Below, in pieces: positions 1 to 5,114 of a stretch of DNA of 5,114 nucleotides. The stretch's first letter is position 1. Each line of letters starts with the position of its first letter. The stretch lies in the IMG/VR virus record IMGVR_UViG_2778261276_000007; one strand, given 5' to 3'. The notes under the pieces were generated by a model, which worked only from the letters and a program-made list of their open reading frames with translations, was not told the origin of the DNA and made no database searches. This stretch comes from a virus (lineage: Duplodnaviria > Heunggongvirae > Uroviricota > Caudoviricetes). The translations under genes were made by a program, and so were the position numbers.

Positions 1-1
1 A

Positions 2-1282
2 TTAATTTTTCATTGCTTCGTTATGGGGCATGGTTGGGGCAAACTCGCTTAACTGTGTATTTAACAAAGCTACCTGTGCATTATTGTTTTCAGACATCCA
101 TTTTCCGTATACCTGAAATACCATTTGCGCATCTGCATGGCCCATCTGGTTTGCTATAAATGCCGGGTTAGCACCAGCTGTCAGCGACCAGCAGGCATAA
201 GTATGTCTCGACTGATATGATTTTCGATGGCGGAGTCCGGCACGTTTTATCGCTGCGTCCCACATCTGCCTTATTGAGTCAACGGTAAAATGGTCACCAT
301 AATTTTTTACTCTCGCTGACACTTCAGGTTGAAAAACAAAGGTGCATTTATGTTTTTCTGTTCTGCCATACTCTCTGAGGTGAACATCAATGATATGCTC
401 TTTGCTCAGTCTCGTTAATGTCATCTGACTCCGGAGAGCGTCGATTGCTGGCTTAATAAGATGAATGACCCGATTGGTTCCCGCCTGTGTTTTTGGTACC
501 GTGAAACGGTCTTTTGCTAAATTTCTCCTGATCATCATTGTTCCATTTTTCAGATCTATGTCCTCCCATCCAAGTGCACACAGCTCACCAGGGCGAACGC
601 CAGTATAAACAGAAACACACCATAAATTTTTGGCTTGCTGATTTCTGCACGCATCGATAAGACGGATGAATTCCTCCCGCGAAAGAGGATCCGGAATGGT
701 TCTTGATTCCTTTAATGGCGAGATCCCCTTAAACGGGTTATCTGCCAGGTAACCGTTATCAACACCAAACTGGAACACGGCGTTAAGATTTGTCATGTAA
801 TTATTTACAGTTACAGCCGATCTCCCTGGTTGTGTAACAATATAGTTACTTTTGGGGATCTGGTATCCAGTCAGTAGCTCTTTACGAACCTCCAGTAATT
901 TTTCTTTATTAATCGATGAGGCAAGATTTTTTTCACCGATTATGCTCAGGATATTTTTGATGACGGCACGGTATGTGTTGAGTGATGTTTTTGCGACTTC
1001 AGTTTCTTTCAGTGCCAGAAATTTTTCAGCCAGTTCTTTTATGGTTAAATCTTGTCGAGTCTCACCAAATTTTTCCAGATTGCGTGAGGAGGGAAACTGT
1101 TTTGCATAGTCGAAAACACCAGTTTTTATTGCGTAACAAACAGAGGCGCGTAGCTCACCTGCAACGCGCCTGTTTTTTGCTGTGTCAGGAACCCCCAGGT
1201 TTTCCCTGACTCTTACGCCTTTATAAACAAACCAGATACGTAATTTCCCTCCATGGTTTTCCACGCCTGTCGGATATTTCAT
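2..1282 (-). CDS. Prophage tyrosine-type site-specific integrase, about 426 aa from the ATG at 1282 (ORF is open to an ATG at 1297)
   Basis: 431-codon minus-strand ORF with stop TAA at 2-4. N-terminus MKYPTGVENHGGKLRIWFVYKGVRVRENLG resembles the arm-binding N-domain of prophage integrases. C-terminal region carries the catalytic-box-like segment VRPGE...PKTQAGTNRVIHL...SRHTYACW...GHADAQMVFQVY (Arg, Lys, Arg-His, His, Tyr). The ATG at 1282 has a purine-rich SD-like AGAGAAG 5 nt upstream; the ATG at 1297 has none. Confidence 0.92.
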   Translation of the reverse strand: MKYPTGVENHGGKLRIWFVYKGVRVRENLGVPDTAKNRRVAGELRASVCYAIKTGVFDYAKQFPSSRNLEKFGETRQDLTIKELAEKFLALKETEVAKTSLNTYRAVIKNILSIIGEKNLASSINKEKLLEVRKELLTGYQIPKSNYIVTQPGRSAVTVNNYMTNLNAVFQFGVDNGYLADNPFKGISPLKESRTIPDPLSREEFIRLIDACRNQQAKNLWCVSVYTGVRPGELCALGWEDIDLKNGTMMIRRNLAKDRFTVPKTQAGTNRVIHLIKPAIDALRSQMTLTRLSKEHIIDVHLREYGRTEKHKCTFVFQPEVSARVKNYGDHFTVDSIRQMWDAAIKRAGLRHRKSYQSRHTYACWSLTAGANPAFIANQMGHADAQMVFQVYGKWMSENNNAQVALLNTQLSEFAPTMPHNEAMKN

Positions 1283-1316
1283 TTCAACTTCTCTCATTAG
1301 TTAGTGTGGCTTTTAG

Positions 1317-1568
1317 TCAAGTAAGATGACGTCTTGGTCTTGCTGATGCCTGGCGCTCAATCCAGCGATCAATTTCTTCCAGGTTGTAAAAGCATGGACT
1401 GTTATCCCATGGCATACCGTCATGAGCGACATGCTTATATTCCCTTCCTTCCATAAACGATTTTTCCCGGGCCTTTTTTAACGTACCTTTTTTTATTCCT
1501 TTCAGCGCAATTAACTGCTCTTCGGATACCCATTTGCCGGGAGAGACAATCATGATTACTTCGCTCAT
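1317..1568 (-). CDS. Excisionase / Xis-like small DNA-binding protein (83 aa)
   Basis: Small ORF immediately upstream of int on the same strand, 19 bp gap. Contains a GREY motif (MEGREYKHVAHDG) comparable to lambda Xis KDGREYLFHES. Basic, with a Lys-rich segment (KGIKKGTLKKAREK). Position and size are typical of xis. Confidence 0.75.
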   Translation of the reverse strand: MSEVIMIVSPGKWVSEEQLIALKGIKKGTLKKAREKSFMEGREYKHVAHDGMPWDNSPCFYNLEEIDRWIERQASARPRRHLT

Positions 1569-1597
1569 CGATTTCTTTATCTCTTACATCAGACGAG

Positions 1598-1629
1598 CGC
1601 CGGTTGCAGAATACCAGTCACAACCGGCG
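1598..1629 (-). other. GC-rich perfect 9-bp inverted repeat (CGCCGGTTG / CAACCGGCG, 14-nt loop) in the exonuclease-xis intergenic region; possible RNA stem-loop
   Basis: Seen directly: arms at 1598-1606 and 1621-1629. Lies between the exonuclease stop (1641) and the xis start (1568). No U-tract follows on the minus-strand transcript, so it is not a canonical intrinsic terminator. Confidence 0.4.
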
Positions 1630-1640
1630 ACAGTTGAACA

Positions 1641-4112
1641 TTAAGAATCAGCCTGACTCGGGATCAGTTTTTGCCAGATAACTGAAACGTATTTTGCCAG
1701 GTAACGGGCGTCATCAAGTGCATTATGGCGCTCACCTTCGAATGGAATAGCCGTTCTGGCATCGAAGTCTATGGCTTTCCCCAGCTCAACGATTGTGCGT
1801 ACATCGCGATCGTTGTAGTAACGCCACGGGCAGGGGATCCCCTGCCGTTCGTATGAACGGCGCAAAATCGTGTTGTCGAAGTTGGCTCCATTTCCCCAAA
1901 CCTGAACAAAAAATTCACCGGAGTTTTCGTCGATAAATTCTCGCAATTGTAACAGTGCATCATCTAACGGGATTTCATCGGTCATAATGGCAGATTGCGC
2001 TTCGCGTGATTGCTTAAGCCACCATTTAATGGTGTCCCGATCAATGACTCCGCCAGCAGTTTCCAGATCGATAGTCTTACTAAATTCCGGTCCCATATCT
2101 CCGGTTTGCGGATCGAAAAATATTGCACCTATTGAGATGATCGGGGCATCAGGATTTTTTCCCATGGTTTCAAGGTCGATCATTAGATGGTCACACGTCC
2201 TGCTGGTGGATGTGATTTCGTGATGACCGTTCACCTTAATTGGGTGATCTGCCGTCTCGCCAGTTTCATTATCGCTATTGTGATGCTGATTGCCGCCAGT
2301 GTTCTCCTTGTGTGGATGTTCAGCGCCTTCCATTTCCTCCGGATCATCTTCCTGAACTTCAACCTGATACTCTTCATCGAATGTTTCTTGGTATGTTGCG
2401 TCGCCCATCACCGCGCCACAATCAGGGCAGTTGCCGCCGCCGGTCTGACCGCAGGCGGTGCAGACTTTTTCCACTTCCTGTTGCGCTACTGGTTCAGGCT
2501 GTTTCGTTTCTGGCTCGTTTTGTAACGCATTTGGACTGTTTTGTTCCGCTTTTTGGTAGTTCCGTTCCGATTCATGCTGGTTCTGGTTCACAGAATCGCG
2601 GGTCTGGAGCCCCTTAACCCATTTCGGATCATTCGGGTCACTAATCCCTTCAACAAATTCACCACGTGATGCAGCAAGCAACTTATCGGCGTCAGGCTGG
2701 CTGATATTGGCTGCCTGCATAATTTTGTTTACTTCGTCAGCGGTAACTTTTATCGGCTCTGGTTGTTCTGAATCTTCAGCGGTATCTACATTTTGCGGTA
2801 AGCCCGTGTATGTGCCATTTTTTCGGGCAAAATATTCTTCTTTTGTGATTTCAGTGGCGCCAGCAGCCAGTGCCTTATCCAGACCAGAGAGTTTGTTTGC
2901 GCGACCGTATTTTTCTCCGTCCTTATCTGCGAAGAGGAAATAGAACGGCCCCTCACGCTCTACAGATGGTTCAGCTTCCGGCGCGGTTTCATTTTTTGGG
3001 ATATCAGATACCTCAGTTTCCACTGCATCAGTTTGTGTTTCTGATGACTGGAGAACATCAACAGTGCCCAGGTCTGTTTCTTCATTCTCAAACACGCCCT
3101 TTGTCGTCAGGTATTCGCAGATATATTTGTTCAGTGCTACGGGATCTTTGTGAATGTCGATCGGACGCTCACGGACAAGGCCAAAAATAGTTTGGCGGTC
3201 GTAGCGAAGGGCATCAGGCTGTTTGCGCATTGATGCCGAGATACGCTTCCAGTCTTCGCGGTCGTTGTCGATAACTTCTTTTTTTGCCCAGCGATGGATG
3301 CTGCCGTCAATGTTTCCGGCATCCACATCACTAGGCCAGAGAGCGTAGGCCAGTTCGTCATCCAGTGTTTTCCATGTCTGCTTGTATTCGCGATGAATGG
3401 CAGCAATGACCGGGCTGATTTTTCCTGTTGAATTTTCAGTGTACTGTTGATTGGCTCTGGCGCGGGCGAGATCAACAACAGACGTGTATTTTCCGGTTTC
3501 CTTGCGTTCACCTTCGCGACGTTTTTTCCAGATGCGCATCTCTGCCTGAATTTCGGGCCATTTAGCACCAGGAATACATTTATGCTTAACCCACCCAATG
3601 GCGTGCAACTTAAGCTCCGGATACATGGCGTTAACTTCTGGCATTTTCATCAACGCTTCAACGATATGTCCGTCGAATGTTGCCATGTCTTCCTGCAACA
3701 ATTCCTGTGCGCTAATAACCATATCAACGGTGATGTTTTCACATGTGTCGAACTTAACCATGACAGCGTTCTGTACTTCAGGGGCCAGCTTGTCAAAAGT
3801 GACGTTCATCGGATCGGATTCAGTCTCAACCGGGACAAAAGAAGCAGACTCCTCATCCCAGCGGTTTTCCTGCATATATTCAGCATCCCATGAATCGAGG
3901 GCAGGGCGGGGTATGCCAGGTTTATCCTCGCAGACAATAAATTTATAAGCGCAGTCCTGAGCAGCCGGATAATGTTCCAGGAATTGCCAGTGAAATTTTG
4001 CTCGAGCACGGCGTTCGTCGCCAGCTTCAATGGCTGTGGCTACAGCCACAGCGCCTTCTTCCCTTGTTGCCAGTTCGTCAGGAATAGCGGCGCAAATAAA
4101 GACTTTACTCAT
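1641..4112 (-). CDS. Large prophage early-region protein (823 aa) with C-terminal DnaQ-like DEDDh 3'-5' exonuclease domain; of the type often annotated exodeoxyribonuclease VIII-like; N-terminus resembles K-12 Qin YdfE
   Basis: Minus-strand ORF open from 4148 (TTG) but first ATGs are at 4127 and 4112; the ATG at 4112 (MSKVFICAAIPDE...) has SD-like GAGGT 8 nt upstream. Stop TAA at 1641-1643. C-terminal 180 aa (about 1644-2183) carries exonuclease motifs MIDLETMG (Exo I), WGNGANFDNTIL (Exo II) and HNALDDARYLAKY (Exo III). A CxxC-x9-CxxC zinc-ribbon-like element (CTACGQTGGGNCPDCG, about 2415-2462) and acidic/His-rich linkers precede it. Confidence 0.85.
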   Translation of the reverse strand: MSKVFICAAIPDELATREEGAVAVATAIEAGDERRARAKFHWQFLEHYPAAQDCAYKFIVCEDKPGIPRPALDSWDAEYMQENRWDEESASFVPVETESDPMNVTFDKLAPEVQNAVMVKFDTCENITVDMVISAQELLQEDMATFDGHIVEALMKMPEVNAMYPELKLHAIGWVKHKCIPGAKWPEIQAEMRIWKKRREGERKETGKYTSVVDLARARANQQYTENSTGKISPVIAAIHREYKQTWKTLDDELAYALWPSDVDAGNIDGSIHRWAKKEVIDNDREDWKRISASMRKQPDALRYDRQTIFGLVRERPIDIHKDPVALNKYICEYLTTKGVFENEETDLGTVDVLQSSETQTDAVETEVSDIPKNETAPEAEPSVEREGPFYFLFADKDGEKYGRANKLSGLDKALAAGATEITKEEYFARKNGTYTGLPQNVDTAEDSEQPEPIKVTADEVNKIMQAANISQPDADKLLAASRGEFVEGISDPNDPKWVKGLQTRDSVNQNQHESERNYQKAEQNSPNALQNEPETKQPEPVAQQEVEKVCTACGQTGGGNCPDCGAVMGDATYQETFDEEYQVEVQEDDPEEMEGAEHPHKENTGGNQHHNSDNETGETADHPIKVNGHHEITSTSRTCDHLMIDLETMGKNPDAPIISIGAIFFDPQTGDMGPEFSKTIDLETAGGVIDRDTIKWWLKQSREAQSAIMTDEIPLDDALLQLREFIDENSGEFFVQVWGNGANFDNTILRRSYERQGIPCPWRYYNDRDVRTIVELGKAIDFDARTAIPFEGERHNALDDARYLAKYVSVIWQKLIPSQADS

Positions 4113-4204
4113 TTGTTTTAACCTCATGACAGATTTAAGGATGAACAAATCCCTGCCATTGCTGGCATATAAGAATGAAACCGGATATTTATTACGGAAC
4201 TGTT

Positions 4205-4396
4205 TTAAAGACCTGCCGGGATTTCGATATTATCCTGGTGAATAACTTTATCGACCGGGTAACAGTTACCGGGAATTTTCTGTTCGGTTGCTGCAGTCAT
4301 ACACTCCTGCATTGTCCTGTGAACACTGACTGCAATATCAACTGGCTCTCCGGAAACAAGAAAAACTGTCAGAACAAGCACAAATGCTGAATTCAT
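4205..4396 (-). CDS. ydfD: YdfD-like small membrane/lysis peptide (63 aa) with hydrophobic N-terminus
   Basis: ATG at 4396-4394 preceded by SD-like AAGGA 8 nt upstream; stop TAA at 4205-4207. Product MNSAFVLVLTVFLVSGEPVDIAVSV... has an N-terminal hydrophobic helix followed by a two-Cys polar tail. Sequence and length match my recollection of Qin prophage YdfD; the longer ORF-track start at 4450 lacks a well-spaced RBS and would overlap dicB. Confidence 0.7.
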   Translation of the reverse strand: MNSAFVLVLTVFLVSGEPVDIAVSVHRTMQECMTAATEQKIPGNCYPVDKVIHQDNIEIPAGL

Positions 4397-4581
4397 TGTG
4401 CACATCCTTTTGGCATCAGACGTAAACGAGCCAGCATTGAAACAATGCATATTTTATTTAATAGCTCCCGTTCTTGTTTTCTCTTGTTAATGGCATCTTC
4501 AGTAAATACTGGGTTACTGATAGTGACACCAATTTCAAAACAACCTTCAGACGTATTAACGTTTGGTAATAACGTTTTCAT
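4393..4581 (-). CDS. dicB: DicB-like cell division inhibitor (62 aa)
   Basis: ORF MKTLLPNVNTSEGCFEIGVTISNPVFTEDAINKRKQERELLNKICIVSMLARLRLMPKGCAQ matches my recollection of Qin prophage DicB (62 aa). Strong SD GAGGA 7 nt upstream of the ATG at 4581. Stop TGA (4395-4393) overlaps the ydfD ATG as ATGA. Confidence 0.78.
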   Translation of the reverse strand: MKTLLPNVNTSEGCFEIGVTISNPVFTEDAINKRKQERELLNKICIVSMLARLRLMPKGCAQ

Positions 4582-4617
4582 TATCGCGTCCTCAACAATG
4601 AATTTTGTGATGCAGTG

Positions 4618-4657
4618 CCTGGTGCCTCCAGGTGACGTTAACCAGTTAACAATTAAC
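4618..4657 (-). promoter_or_regulatory. dicB leader region with palindromic/repeated motifs (CCTGG-N5-CCAGG; GTTAAC-CA-GTTAAC-AATTAAC); candidate operator or RNA-processing structure
   Basis: Seen directly 25-75 nt upstream of the dicB start codon. Function is inferred only. Confidence 0.3.
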
Positions 4658-4839
4658 GCCGGATATGTGCTGTGGCAGCCGCATGTTCTGGTTCGATAAG
4701 TCTGACGAACGGGCGATATTCAGCGATATCAGAAAAGAAGGATACACATTACGCAATGGGAGACGCTTGATTATCAGCCCTGACATTATCGCAGATTTTC
4801 GTGCATTATCATTTGCAGACGCATCTTTTTCGATGGTTG

Positions 4840-4880
4840 TGGATTTGCCCCTATATTTCCAGACATCTGTTATCACTTAA
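4840..4880. repeat. IS2 right terminal inverted repeat (IRR)
   Basis: Characteristic IS2 end sequence TGGATTTGCCCC...ATCACTTAA; the transposase stop codon (4851-4853) lies inside it. Confidence 0.8.
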
Positions 4881-5114
4881 CCCATTACAAGCCCGCTGCC
4901 GCAGATATTCCCGTGGCGAGCGATAACCCAGCGCACTATGCGGATGCCATTCGTTATAATGCTCGAACGCCTCTGCAAGGTTCTTTGCTGCCGTTAACCC
5001 GTCTGGTTTGGGCATGATACTGATGTAGTCACGCTTTATCGTTTTCACGAAGCTCTCTGCTATTCCGTTACTCTCCGGACTCCGCACCGCCGTGTTCTTC
5101 GGTTCAAGTCCCAA
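4851..5114 (-). CDS. insD: IS2 transposase orfB (InsD-like), C-terminal fragment; 5' part lies beyond the window edge
   Basis: Translation ...[76 protein letters not shown] is the conserved C-terminus of an IS3-family DDE transposase and matches the IS2 InsD end as I recall it. The ORF runs to the window edge; the first codon at 5114-5112 is TTG, not a genuine start. Confidence 0.88.

Larger units (their letters stand above)
4840..5114 (-). mobile_element. IS2 (IS3 family) partial copy, right end (IRR) at about 4840, element continues past the window edge
   Basis: 4840-4880 reads TGGATTTGCCCCTATATTTCCAGACATCTGTTATCACTTAA, which I recognise as the IS2 right terminal inverted repeat. It is followed by the InsD-like orfB C-terminus on the minus strand. 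The boundary is exact to within a couple of bases only. Confidence 0.88.

Noticed and set aside
852-1209. Plus-strand ORFs 852..1109 and 982..1209 (85 and 75 aa)
   Set aside because: Entirely antisense to the well-supported integrase CDS; no RBS or recognisable product.
1769-3948. Multiple ORFs of 64-153 aa embedded in or antisense to the large exonuclease gene (e.g. 1769..1963, 1987..2223, 2187..2525, 2240..2617, 2707..2943, 2870..3190, 3137..3598, 3447..3893, 3598..3948, 3806..4030)
   Set aside because: All overlap the 823-aa CDS in other frames or on the opposite strand. Products are low-complexity with no recognisable family. They are expected by chance inside a long gene.
4113-4148. Upstream extension of the exonuclease ORF to 4148 (835 aa) or to the ATG at 4127
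   Set aside because: The codon at 4148 is TTG with no SD, and the ATG at 4127 has no SD. The ATG at 4112 has a well-spaced GAGGT and gives the N-terminus MSKVF.
4151-4204. Inverted repeat TGCCA-N4-TGGCA (about 4153-4166) between ydfD and the exonuclease gene as a possible terminator
   Set aside because: Only a 5-bp stem with no following U-tract on the minus-strand transcript; more likely incidental or at most a weak structural element.
4397-4450. Longer ydfD start at 4450 (81 aa, MHCFNAGSF...)
   Set aside because: It would overlap the dicB coding region by 57 nt in another frame, and its only SD-like sequence is 14 nt from the ATG. The ATG at 4396 has AAGGA at 8 nt and gives the expected 63-aa product.
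4629-4640. Short plus-strand match GGTGACGTT resembling part of the DicF sRNA seed as I recall it
   Set aside because: Only a 9-mer, on the strand opposite to dicB, and the flanks do not match. A chance match of this length is expected in a 5-kb window.
4175-4699. Plus-strand ORFs 4175..4390, 4030..4245 and 4445..4699
   Set aside because: Antisense to ydfD and dicB or to the exonuclease start region; no convincing RBS; products Cys-rich or low-complexity with no recognisable family.

Overview
The window looks like the integration/early-left arm of a lambdoid (Qin-like) Escherichia-type prophage, read entirely on the minus strand, ending in a partial IS2 copy. Transcription order on the minus strand is: dicB (62 aa cell-division inhibitor), ydfD (63 aa membrane/lysis peptide, start overlapping the dicB stop), a large 823-aa protein with a C-terminal DEDDh 3'-5' exonuclease domain, a lambda-Xis-like excisionase, and a tyrosine integrase whose stop sits at the left window edge. 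From 4840 to the right edge is the IRR end and transposase C-terminus of IS2, inserted about 258 bp upstream of dicB. Gene identities are from reading the translated ORFs and from memory of the protein families; no database search was run. Nothing here is an unambiguous new system; the most interesting points are the intact module, the IS2 insertion next to a toxic dicB-ydfD pair, and the unusual exonuclease architecture.
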